NCBI GenBank assembly: GCA_951406725.2 | Contig: OX597817.1 | Location: 94,922,001-94,986,000 of the forward strand | From: Octopus vulgaris | Taxonomy: Eukaryota | Length of the DNA: 64,000 bases | Direction: 5' to 3' | In this document: positions 13,433 to 25,580 of the stretch, piece by piece | Layout of the letters: each line of letters opens with the position of its first letter | How positions within the stretch are numbered: position 1 is the first letter of the stretch | Position numbers and translations under genes: made by a program | The notes under the pieces: model-generated | Told to the model about the DNA's origin: nothing | Databases searched by the model: none | What the model saw: the letters and a program-made list of their open reading frames with translations, nothing else

Positions 13433-14315
13433 CATTATTAAGTTATATTTCAAGATTTCTTGCCAATAGAGAAAGACCCAGTTTCTAACCTATATTCAAG
13501 GCTCCTTCATTGGTATTTTAACATCAACAACGGTATTTTTGTATGCATGCATGTATGTATGTAAGTATGTATGTATGTATGTATGTATGTATGTATGTAT
13601 GTATGTATGTATGCATGCATGCATGCATGCATGTATGCATGTATGTATGTATGTAAGTATGTATGTATGTATGTATGTATGTATGTATGTATGTATGTAT
13701 GTATGTATGTATGTATGTATGTATGTATAAAGTGAATAGCTAAGGATAATATATTCAAGCAGGTATTTAGGTGTTCCTAAATTCTGATCCCGCTCGCGGA
13801 GGTAGAGCTAATATCACCACAAATCTTTCTAGCTGTGACAAGAAAATTTGCCCTCTCAACGCAGGAAAAAAATATTGTGTACAGATGTAGGGTTACCTCA
13901 GGTAGGGTTTCATACTATTATATAGATACATGCTCTACTATCTTCAAATCAAGATAATGTAATCACCTAGCTTCCTTCAGAGATAGAGAAAAAAGCACAG
14001 TACTAACTTAAATGAGTTTATTTGGTCCCTAAAGGATAGAAACACTAACTTTGCTATAAAATAGGAAATAAGTTACGGAGACGTAAACACACCGACATCG
14101 GTTGTCAAGCGACGGTGGGGGTACAAACGTAATCGGAAGTAAGAAATGCTATTTCTTCCTCGTCTAAATACCAATTATTAAATGATAAACAGGAATTAGC
14201 CCATCACAGAAAAAACATTCAAATGTTTCCCTAGCAAAATTTTAAATTAAGTATCACGTAGATTGGAGAATCGTTAGCACGCCAGGCGCAATGCTTAGCG
14301 GTATTTCGTCTGTCT

Positions 14316-17300
14316 GTTATTGAAAATTTATTGTTGGAGTGTGTTCGTAAAGTAAATTTCTATTAATTGTTATATCGTTATACCTCTTGTTGTGCCTATT
14401 GTTGGACTTATTGTTTTAAAAATTGTATTATAGTTTTCTTTCGAAAGCTGTCTGTGGTTTTCACCTGTGGGGGAAAACATTAATTGCCAGTAAGATGCTG
14501 AAAAGTGTGTCTTCGTCGGGTGAAGATTCATCGACTGAGCGGGAACGAGGAAGATCGAAAGTTTAATTTTTGATAACGTTTCTGATGTTTCGGAAAGTGA
14601 ATTCCCTGCTTTACCAAAAGTTATGGGTACCAAAAGAAATGTAGAAGCAAAGACCATTTAAAATGAAGAAAGAAAAAGTTTTGCGTCAGCAGTTGGTAGT
14701 GAAACGCTACAGCTGTCAAATGACAAAAAAAGAATTATTAAAATACAAGGAAATGATAACGGTACGAGATGGAGTGGTAAAAGTGGAAATACCAGAACAA
14801 TTAACGGCAGTAAAAAGGAAAATTATTATTTTTAAGACATTCTGCTTAAAAGGTTAGAATACGAAGAGTTCCACCCGCAGTAAACCCTATGTACTCGATG
14901 GCAGCAGTCCTGGCAAACAGGGAGGATAATATAAACCTTCTGCAGGCTACAGTCGCAGAGAATACATATTGGACTGGACAAACGCTCAACCTGCTACTGT
15001 AGGCAGAGCAGAAAATTTTAGAACAGCTCCCAGAAATAGTAGATGTAGAGGAGGAAGTTCTAAATATTTTTGAGGGGCGTAAGCCCCGATGTTTCCAGTT
15101 TGGCCAACTAGGTCACATTAAAAAATATTGTAAAGAAAGTGAAGAAGAATCGGACGGTGAGGAGGAAGAAAGAGAGAGAGAGAAACTGAAGGAATAATAA
15201 ACAACAAAAGGAAAATGGAAGGCTCGAACCAGCAAAAGCAGATCGAGCCGAGACCAAAAAAGATAACCAAGAGAGACAGACCGATAATGACGGAGGGGGA
15301 GACGGACAAAGGAACAGATGCGCTACACAGCAAAAACGATGACTTAATGCGTGATATAAAAACGAAAACATCAGCCACTAGGCTAATTGAACTATCAGAA
15401 AAATATAAAATTATGTATTTTACGAAGTGGACAAAAAAACATATATCTTGTGTAACACGTATGGAAAATCGGCCTCATCATTGAGATTTGATTTTCATCA
15501 ATCTATATTTGAAGGCTTGCCACCTCCGACCCTAAGCCAAGAAAAGGTGGAGAGTCCCTCTCCACAGGACGCCCCGATCTAAAAGGTAAGTCATGTCTAT
15601 TCACATTGGTTGTATAAATGTCCGTGGCCTGATGTCAAGTTGGAAGCAAGGGCGCTTCCTAAATGACATCAAGTCAAGAAATTTGGATGTAATCGTTGCA
15701 GCGGAAACCCGGGTGAAGAGGCCAAGAGATCTGCTCCCCCTCCTGAACCGCTACGAGAAATACGTTTCTCCAAGTCGGGTGATGGGCGGGGGCGGAGTGT
15801 TGGTCCTACTAAAAAAGAAACCGGCTAACCGAGAAAAAGTTGGGTTTTTTCTGATCTAGAAGGCAGGCTGGTTGTTCACGACCTGACGTTCAGTTGTGGC
15901 AAGACAATCAGGCTGGTTGCAGTTTATGTACCCAACGTTATGGGTCCGCAAAGTGAATATTTTCGTGACCTGGACAACTTCCTGGCCACGTCGCATTCAC
16001 TAGTATTGATAGGAGACTTTAACACAATTTGTGACGCACGCACAGAATGTGTTGGCTCGAACATGAATAGAAAATGTAACCCTGGCTTTCGGGATCTGCT
16101 AAGTCATTTTCACCAGGCAGATCCATATAGGTTGCAACATCCGAACACGCCACTGTGGACGTGGTCATATAGTGACGGGTCTTCCAGGACATATATAGAT
16201 AGGGTTTTAATTAGAAAAACAGGTAAGTGCATAGCTAAGTGTCCACAGTTTCATCGAGTCAGCTACAGTGATCACAAGATGGTTACCTGTAAGCTGACAG
16301 TAGATAACTTACATAGACAGGGATCTGGCTACTGAAAACTCAATACGTCCCTTTTGGCGATTGGTGGGTACAGAAAGCAGATGAAGAAATTAATTCAGAG
16401 AGCATTGACAGCTACTATGATTGATAATAAATGGTGGTACGCCCTAAAAAGAGCTATAAAATATGAGTCTATTAGGTTTAGCATAAGTTTAGCTAAGAAG
16501 GGACGTAGAATAAGAGATGGTATAGTTAAGGAACTAGAAGAAGCTTTGACCAAGTGAAGGCAAAGAAACTGGAGTTGAACCAGTATCTTGAAACCCAACA
16601 CATGGGAAGTATTACCAGAGCTAAGTTATGTGCGATGGGAAGTGAAGAACTCAAGGCCGCTGGATGGGCCTGAGTGGTGGAAGCTCGACAAGAAAATAGT
16701 TCCACTATTCGGTCTATGACGAACCAAAATGGTGGCTTGGTAAACGAACCCGAGGAAATGTGTTAAGTATTTGGGGAGTACTTCGCCCAGCTGTTCGGGG
16801 GTGATGGCTGTTCTGATGGTAGGAAAGTCCTCGAGGATTTTGTTGCCGGGCTACCACGCCTCTTGGGGTCGGATGCGGAGGCTTGCGAGGGGCCGATCAC
16901 GCCTGGGGAGGTGACGGAGGCTATGGCTGAGTGTAAAGTGAGTAAGTCGCCGGGATTTGATGGTATTTCTTACGAGCTATATAAATGTATGCCAGACTTG
17001 TTCGGGCACTTACTGGCAAGCATATACGCGAACTGGCAACAGAATGGGTTTATCCCCAGATCTGTGCGCCGAGGAGTGGTGACGTTGATCAGAAAGGACC
17101 CGGGCAAGGGACACGTTTTAGATAATTTCAGGCCCATCATTCTGTTAAACGCAGAAGTGAAGATTTTGGCCAAGGTTTTAGCAAAAAGGTTGGCGCTTGT
17201 CGCGAATGATATAGTCGGGGAGGCACAGACATGTGTCATCCCAGGCAGAACCATTCAGGATACCCTCCATCTCGCTATACCATAGAGAGGGTTGGTGATA

Positions 17301-18340
17301 ACTCTGGTAAAGGTGGGGCATTGGTGCATTTAGACCAATCTAAAACTTTTGATAGGGTCGACCATCGATACCTGTCAACTGTGCTTGCGCAGTTTGGCCT
17401 GGACCTTGGCTTCCTCAGATGTTTCATCGCTCTGTATCACAACATTGACTCGATAGTTCGGGTGAACGGTTTCTTTTCGAAGCCGTTCTGCATTGGAAGA
17501 GTCTGAATGTAACGATGGCCTGAGAGCGACTCTAGGTCTCGGGTATATTCAACTTGACAGCCTGTTCCACCGTACATTCGGGTTGAGAACGTTGGACAAT
17601 TTCCAAAAGTCCTTGACCTGGCAATGTTACAGGGGCGCCTTGCCCGTTTGGGATAAACTCGCAAGACATGGAAAGTCTCACTCTTCGACCTGTCCAAGAT
17701 ACGGGGTGGGGGTAGGGAAACCATCCCTCACGTTATTGTCCAGTGTCCTGAGATATCTGAAATGTGAGTTTATGCTGAACACCTGTTGTCCGGCGAAGGA
17801 AGAGTACAGCTGTCGACTGGGTCAACTATAAAAAGTGACCCACCGGAATTTTTAACAAATGAAGGTAAGAATTGTTTTCTCACTGTTGTTGCATTAGCGA
17901 AAGAGGCAGTATGGAAGACTAAGATAAAAGGGATTAAGACGGATAATTTTATCTCCGGCCACGAGTTAAGATCGTTTTTCACTTTTCACTTGAAAAAGAA
18001 AGTGTGGCTGGAGAAGAGATGCCTGTCGGAGAGTGTGTTCAAAAAAAGATGGAAGCATGTTGCACGAGTGCTGTGCGTGCAAGGAACCATGTGAATAGGC
18101 TATAGAAGAAAAACAAGAGAGGAAAGAAGTACCAGCGATAGATTGGGGCTTATGGAGTCGGATCGTGGCCTGATCATCGCTACATTTGTGTCATATTTGT
18201 ATTGCGTATTTCATTCGATTCTTATATATTTTATATAATTTTTTATATTCATATTTATGTAATATCAAAACGTGTTACTGACCCCGATCAGTTGTTTTGT
18301 CCCATTCTTTGTGTAGCAACCTGTGGGTAATAAAGAAATT
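14316..18340 (+). mobile_element. Tx1/L1-clade LINE, near full length but decayed and internally deleted in RT; about 16-bp target-site duplication
   Basis: ORF1 remnant with degenerate zinc knuckle (CFQFGQLGHIKKYC near 15090). ORF2 has APE motifs (INVRGL, ETR, GDFN, IDRV, SDH) and RT motifs (KSPGFDG, FRPIILLN, LDQSKTFDRV), then jumps at about 17495 to the C-terminal region. AATAAA at 18329. TSD ggtatttcgtctgtct (14300-14315) / ggtattttgtctgttt (18341-18356). Confidence 0.88.
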
Positions 18341-18510
18341 GGTATTTTGTCTGTTTTCACGTTCTAAGTTCAAATGCCGCCGGGGTCGACTTTGCCTTTC
18401 ATCCTTTCGGGATCAATAAATTAAGTACCAGTGGAATACTAGGTTGCTGTAATCGACTTACCCACTCCCCCAAAATAACAGGCCTTGTGCTTATAGTAGA
18501 AAGGAATATT
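18341..18510 (+). mobile_element. SINE family C (Meta-domain-like), 3' part; its 5' part at about 14262-14315 is split off by the LINE
   Basis: gtcgactttgcctttcatcctttcgggatcaataaattaagtaccag body; rejoins the upstream head to match the intact copies at 21077-21292 and 58948-59148. Confidence 0.8.
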
Positions 18511-19333
18511 AGTGCAGTAACTAGTTTTCCGATGTTCTAGTAGTAGTCCATATCCCCACTACAATTATTCATGATATGTGTTTTAACTTCAGTCCTGAAC
18601 TTCCATATTCCATATGTGGAGCGTTATTTGACTATACCATTAGTCAAATAACGCTCCACATATGGAATAATTTGTTCTATATCTAGGAGGATATTATCTA
18701 CATTTAGATATAAGGCTGATCCATATAGTTGAAACTTCTGATTTCACTATAGGTGGAAATATTCAATCAGGTTGTGTACAATGCCCTGGCCTTTAAGTAA
18801 ATTCTCTAAATTCTATATTATATTTGACTTAATGACCCTTAATTGTATACATCTATCGCCGAAATTTATTTCTATGTATTTCGATTAAGGTTACTGGATG
18901 AAATATATTCTGACCTAGGTTAATATCTAATACTATTGATTCGAAACACAAACCTTAAGGTCGTCCTAGGGTCAATCTGATAATGTACTTTATAGCCGTA
19001 TCAAGTTTCTAACTATTCCTCTCTTATTCTTTGCACTCAACACTAATCGTCCTCTACTAAAGTGTAAAATTATCTAAACCGTTATATTTCAGTTCGCTTC
19101 GAATTTTAATGCTGGGAACACCTTGAATACAGTCGCATGGACACGTTCTTAAATAGAGATATATATGCAGGAGGAACATACGTCGGACATACATAGACAG
19201 AGATTTAAATGAAGTATGATGTACAGAGGATTGTAATAATTCTGTAGATGTATTATTCTCCTTATTTATTTGAATTGTGTGTGTGTGTACACGCATCTAT
19301 TTCCAAGTAAATTTATATATATATATATATATA

Positions 19334-20367
19334 TCAATTGAGGCACCAAACCAGTTTGGTATCGTCTGCACAGCTCCAAGTTAGGTCAACAGAATGTAAA
19401 TAAATAACAAGGATGTCCAGGTATCAATAAAACTCACTGTATAATATATTACAATAATACAATATTATATTTTTAATTATGTTTATAATTACACATTATA
19501 TTTTGGGAATTTAAAATTTTATATATGTGTGTGTATGTGTGCGCGCGTGATGTTTTTTACATTCTTATATCCTTTCATAAATTTTTGCACAGTGCTTGTA
19601 ATTTATAAATATTTTTTAAGGCCTTATGAGCTTTCTCCTATATATTTAAGTATCCCATTATTTAAGTTTTAAGTTTAATTTCTATCCTTTTCCTATATAT
19701 ATTGATTTAAAATTGTTTCCACATTTAATAAATTTGCTAAGTTATGACTCCCGTATATCCCGTATCCCTCAATTCCCCTTTTATTTGATAATCTAGATAA
19801 GTACTAGCCACACCTATCCTTCCTTCTTCCAATTATCACCTCTTCCCCATCAATCATTCTCTTACTAGCAACTCAAAGACATACTTTAAGTAGCTATAGC
19901 TAGATATATGATTCCAGTAAAAAAAGGGTGTAGGAGATTGCGTGACATTAATTGATTTATCACTATCAAGTAGAACGCAGTTCTCAACTTCCAATGGATT
20001 TAATTCTAAATTGTTTTAGACTACACGCTGCATAAAACCTTCTAAACATAAATATCTTACCACTCCTATATCTTGACCCCTACTATTTTCCGCTGATATT
20101 CTCTAAATTATAGTAGGTTTAATAAGATATGCATTTTTTCCAAACTCATTCTGCCACAAATATAATATAACAAAACAATGTAATTATTTTGGTTTCTAGT
20201 ATTAATATAAATTTGTTTAAAATAGTTTATCCATTAGTTTGGAAATCTATATGGTCATCGACTTCTGAGGAGAACGGCTTCTTTGAAATTGATGAAATAT
20301 TTTCATTGATCGATTAAGTGGAGTTGCTCGAAACGGCCGTAATGTATTGATACCTTGACATCCTTGT

Positions 20368-20376
<9 letters not shown>
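19334..20376 (+). mobile_element. PLE terminal remnant with short inverted ends, in (TA)n
   Basis: taacaaggatgtccaggtatcaata (about 19405-19429) is inverted at tattgataccttgacatccttgtta (about 20345-20369), which follows the hammerhead-like GAAACGGCCGTA; (TA)n on both sides. Confidence 0.55.
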
Positions 20377-20413
<37 letters not shown>

Positions 20414-20926
20414 GGTATGTGTATATTCGTAATTTTTTGTATACATGTGTGTGTGTGTGTAGTCGACAGACTTAATACCAATATATTGCTAGTAGTTTGG
20501 CCCTAGAAGTATGAACAAGGTAATCAAATATGGCGGTATTTCAACTGCTGAGAGCCGAAACTGTAAAAACTTTTATTTACGAAGGTCACTATCTACATTA
20601 CTTCCGGTACCACTCAATCCCTGCTAACTCCTCGACCACCGACACTTCAACTCCCACCACTTGAATCACTTCCACTCTCACCACTTATCATTTCATCCAC
20701 CAGCACCATTACTTAACGCTACCACTCAACCACCACCTCCACACCTATCAACGTTACTTCCTTCAATACCACCTCCATAAACGTCACTTCTATTACCACT
20801 GCCTTCATCGCCACCTTCACCACCCTCACCATATTCAGCAATATCACCAAAGAACCTACTTACATCCAGGTGGTCTGTGTGAGACAATAAGGCTAAAATT
20901 TTCATATGAATGCTATTTTTATCATC

Positions 20927-20961
<35 letters not shown>

Positions 20962-21076
20962 TAATAATAATTTCTGCTATATGCACAAGGCCTGAAATTT
21001 GGTGGAAAGGGCATAATCAATTACATCAACCCTATGCTCAATGGTACTTTATTTTATCGATGCCAAAAGGATGAAT

Positions 21077-21292
21077 AATCCTTTCTCTTATAGGCACAAG
21101 GCCTGAAATTTGGGGACAGAGACACAGTCGATTACGTCAACCCCAGTGCTCAACTGATACTTATTTCATCGACCCCGAGAAGATGAAAGACAAACTCTAC
21201 TTCGGCGGAATTTGAACTCAAAACGTGAAGACGAACGAAATGCTGCTAAGCGTTTTACCCGGCGTACTATCGATTCTGCCAGCTCGCTGTCT
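21077..21292 (-). mobile_element. SINE family C, full copy (partial copy at about 20965-21075)
   Basis: Reverse complement of gcgagctggcagaatcg..gcttagc..gagttcaaattccgccga..tttcatc..ggggtcgat..aagta..tttcaggccttgtgcc. Confidence 0.8.
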
Positions 21293-21498
21293 CGAAAGGA
21301 TGAATAATAATAATAATTTCTAATACATAGAGAAACTCTAAAATGTTAAGGGGATAGGATTTTAACCGATTATATCGATCCCACCCGCCCAGTAAACTCA
21401 GTGTTACTTTATCGAACCCGAGCAGTGAAATTGACACCAGCGGTATTTGAACTCGGTATGTTGTGAGGCAACAATTAAATACAGCAACAATAATTTAC

Positions 21499-21564
21499 GT
21501 CCTAGGCTCAAATTCCAACAACAGGGCTCTTCCAACTTTCTGGAGTTGAAAGAAGAGCCCTGCA
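21499..21564 (-). CDS. Candidate 66-nt phase 1-1 exon of the CCP2/3-like gene (VQGSSFNSRKLEEPCCWNLSLG)
   Basis: Strong acceptor ttttccacag, donor gtaaat, open frame, phase-compatible with both neighbours. No family motif. Confidence 0.45.
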
Positions 21565-21686
21565 CTGTGGAAAACTGAATTGAAAGACATGGTCTGTGAG
21601 TATATATAAGCTAATAACTATTCGAGTATTTTGCATTAAAATGAACCGAGGAAGAAACAAGAAAAACTTGCAAAAATCTGACTCAC

Positions 21687-21897
21687 CCTTAATGTTGTTA
21701 TGTAAAGGTTCCTGAAAATTAGGGTAGGTTTTGTTAAGTATAGGGGTCTCTAAGATGACAGTTTTATTATCATTCTCCTTCGGCCAAAATGGTCCATGTG
21801 ACAGTTTCAAATCAGTGGATTGTCTCCTGTATTTCGAAATGAATTCATCCAAAAGCTGAGTATATTTCCAGTACACTTTATTCACACCTAGCTCCAT
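21687..21897 (-). CDS. Candidate upstream or alternative first coding exon of the CCP2/3-like gene (MELGVNKVYWK...HGPFWPKENDNK...FQEPLHNNIK)
   Basis: Non-repetitive open frame within ORF 21508..22014; consensus donor AAGG|gtgagt in phase 1, matching downstream exons; WPxE motif resembles CCP2/3 N-termini. The 5' boundary is uncertain (ATG at 21897 or an unidentified acceptor). Confidence 0.6.
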
Positions 21898-22714
21898 AAC
21901 GCGTTCTCTCACTCTCGCTCCCTCCCACTCTCTCTTATATTCTTTCTCACAAACTCTCTCTCCTCTCCCTCTTCGTCTCTCCTTCTCTCTCCTCTCGCTA
22001 TATCTCTCCCACACTCACAATCTGACGTCTTTTCTATTTCTCCACTTTCGTCGAAGTTACTTTGATAGAGGGGAAATGCCAGTATGTATGTATAGAAATA
22101 TATATATATATATATATATAAGCATATATGTATGTTTTTGTGTATGTATATATGCATTATATACTTGTGTAAGCTTGTGCACGCACATGTAAACATAGAT
22201 ATTTGAGAGTGTGTACAGATATATATTTATATATGTGTGCTTATATGTGCGTATGCATATACATATTTACATGTGTAGTGATGTAATATATATATATACA
22301 TATATATACACATATACATGCATATATATATGTATGTGTGTGTGTGTGTGTGTGTGTGTTTATATTTCGCTGCGTATATGTGCATTAGTGAGAGACAATT
22401 CAAACCAAAGCAATGTGATGATTTGTATCATTAGACAGATGAGTCAGGTGATCTTACCAATCGCCTACGCTCTTCAAAAATTTGATTGATTGGTTCGATA
22501 CTCTTACGTTTATACATATGCTTGACCGCTAAATCCGCAAGTTTTTTTTATTCTCTCTCTTTTTATTCTCTCTGTTTATTTTTTCTTATTCCTTTCTGTT
22601 GAAGAGCGTAGGCTCAAAAAGTAAAATAATTTTTCACTTACCCGAGCGTCAAACTAATACACCTGCTTGTTCATATACCTGTCTTCGTCTTTTATTTTTC
22701 TATCAATTTCAATT

Positions 22715-22790
<76 letters not shown>

Positions 22791-23391
22791 CATGCATGCA
22801 TACATGCATGCATACATACATGCATACATGCATGCATACATACATACATACATACATACATACATACATACATACATACATACATACATACATACATACG
22901 TACATACATACATACATACATATATATACAGAGATCCCTCTGTAGGAATTTGTTGCTCTATAACTCACGTGGGTGGACAGGGAAGGATGCAAAACCTCAT
23001 TCGTACGTTTTGAATTCGTTAGTACTGGTGGTCGAAGGTGATTTGTCTGGAATGACTCAAATCAGACGGGTTTGTTCGATTTTCAGTGTTCTCAAATTTA
23101 AACTTAACGAAATCTTGGGCTGATGACAGGAATGTTGATATAGGTATGTATTTCTAGCATCTCTATATCTAACTAACCCAGAAACGGCGTTCTCAAGTAA
23201 TCGATGTACGAGTGATCTTTCGTTATTTTTCCCTCTATGCCTACGTGAATTGTTTTTGAGTATACATTGTCTGGGAGACTCTTCTTATAGTAGAGGAAAT
23301 AGCTAAATACTTTGGTTGCTATTTCTAAAAGTTCGGTGCGTGGTAAAGTAATTTTTTTTGCTGAACCCTAATTATATATATATATATATAT

Positions 23392-24178
23392 ATATCAACA
23401 ATTGAGGGTAAAATTAATTAGTTATTAATCAATTTCACCAAGTATTCAGTATGTAAAAGGACCATTTAAGGCGAATTCAAAATATTACATTATATAATTA
23501 GGGCTTAGTAAAATAAATTACTTTGCCACATACTGAATTTGCTAGAAATAGCAGCCAAAAAAGTTTTTTTGCCATTTCCACTACTTAAAGAAAATTTCTC
23601 TCAGATAATGTTTACTCAAAATAACCCACGAAGGTATGGAGGTAAAAACAGAAAAATATCACAAGTACAAAGATTATTTGAGAACGGTAACGTTTCTAGA
23701 TTAGCCAAATAAACTCAGCATTTCTTTCGTCAGCTCAACATTTCTTATTTTGGATTTGGAAGCACTAAAAAGAAAGAGCATACCCTTTGGCGACTTATCA
23801 CCTCAGATGACCCGTTCAGACTGCCAGTACCAACAAATTCAAAATGTGCAAGCGAAGATTCTCTGCTCTCCCCTTCCACCCACGTGGGTCATCTAGCAAA
23901 CATTATATTTTAACGGTGAGAACCGAGGCAATATGACAGAGAGAAATGAATTATAATATCAACAATTGAGGGTAAAATTAATTAGTTATTAATCAATTTC
24001 ACCAAGTATTCAGTATGTAAAAGGACCATTTAAGGCGAATTCAAAATATTACATTATATAATTAGGGCTTAGTAAAATAAATTACTTTGCCACATACTGA
24101 ATTTGCTAGAAATAGCAGCCAAAAAAGTTTTTTGCCATTTCCACTACTTAAAGAAAATTTCTCTCAGATAATGTTTAC
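23392..24178 (-). repeat. About 224-bp direct repeat (23392-23615 and 23956-24178), probably tandem PLE pseudo-LTRs
   Basis: Copies appear identical except for one T in a T-run; a hammerhead-like CTGACGA...GAAACGTT lies between them on the minus strand (about 23689-23733); abuts (TA)n. Confidence 0.75.
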
Positions 24179-24495
24179 CGAAAGCTGAACAGTTATCTCC
24201 CTTACCCACAACAATAATAATAATAACGACAACCAATTACCCCCCTTTATTTATCTACTTGTGAAGTCATTCACTCGTGAATTTCATCACACACAACATG
24301 GACTAAATTTCTTCTTAAGAGAAAATATATATTCAAATAAGTAAAACATAATATCATGAATAGCGATAGCGAAACCGGTCGATATATTAAAAATTATATT
24401 AAAACTATGTAAGTGTGCGTATTTTCCTTTTTTAATTTCTTATATACATTACAACCCACCACGTCGGAATAATCGAAATTCCTCTTTTCTGTTAC

Positions 24496-24538
<43 letters not shown>

Positions 24539-24539
<1 letters not shown>

Positions 24540-24626
24540 TTTATTTAAAGCAGCAGAAAATTCTACAAAACCTGTTACTCTGAGTTTTGCGTTGCCGTTC
24601 ATCGGACAGTGTTTACTGTTTACTCC

Positions 24627-24628
<2 letters not shown>
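24539..24628 (-). mobile_element. 90-bp deletion derivative of the 3744-6768 Naiad family
   Basis: Begins ctttatttaaagcagcag (inverse of the large element's right end) and ends tttactccgg (inverse of its left end); flanked by (TA)n. Confidence 0.75.
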
Positions 24629-24694
<66 letters not shown>

Positions 24695-25506
24695 ATGTAA
24701 AAATACGATCCAACGATCCAGGTGTGGGCATTTAGTAAGCTCCTAGCAGTCCGTAGAAGATATGAAAAACAACTTTCGGGAACAATAGTGCTTTACTGGC
24801 GTAAAAGGGTGTAAATTTTTCCCCTATCGAAGTTCGATAAGCTAAAAAATGTTATTTTATTTTTTACGGTTAGCAACTAGGTTTGCTATGTATGCGAATA
24901 AAAATCCAAATTTAGGGAATGAGACAGGTAAAATCAAGGCTACATTTGTTTCCTAGCCAGCAGAACCTCAGAACTAGTAATTACTCAACGAAGGGTACTT
25001 CACTTGCAACTCATCAGGCCGAAGATGCCTTAGTTAACTGAAAGTTACATTGTTGTCAAGGGATCCCAAGTTAACTTGCAGGAGATTTGATCGAAAATAA
25101 GTGGAAACTACGGAGTGAGAGAACAAAAAAGAAAAGCATATACGTGAAGAAATAAGATATCGGGGTGGGAAAATATTTGAAGTTATTAAGAAGACGAATA
25201 AGAATAAAGAAAAGGAGGTGGAGAAGAATAGGAGAAAATTTGGGGTCTTCGATATGGGTCTTTCGATATTAAAATCTGAAATGTAAGATCTTTTCTACCC
25301 TGATGACGAAGGCTCGTCTTATCCAATGTTGGTTGTTTCCATTTCGGCCGCATATTGTGATGAACTACATCTATCAAAATTATCATGGATTTCCACCCAC
25401 CCCCCAGAAAAGCCTCTTTCTTCCACCACTTTAATTTTCTCTGTCGTTTGTACTCTACCTAAATATTTATCGTCTGAAAGTCTCCACTTTTTGTTTTCTC
25501 TCGTTT

Positions 25507-25566
<60 letters not shown>

Positions 25567-25580
25567 CACTCACATACATA

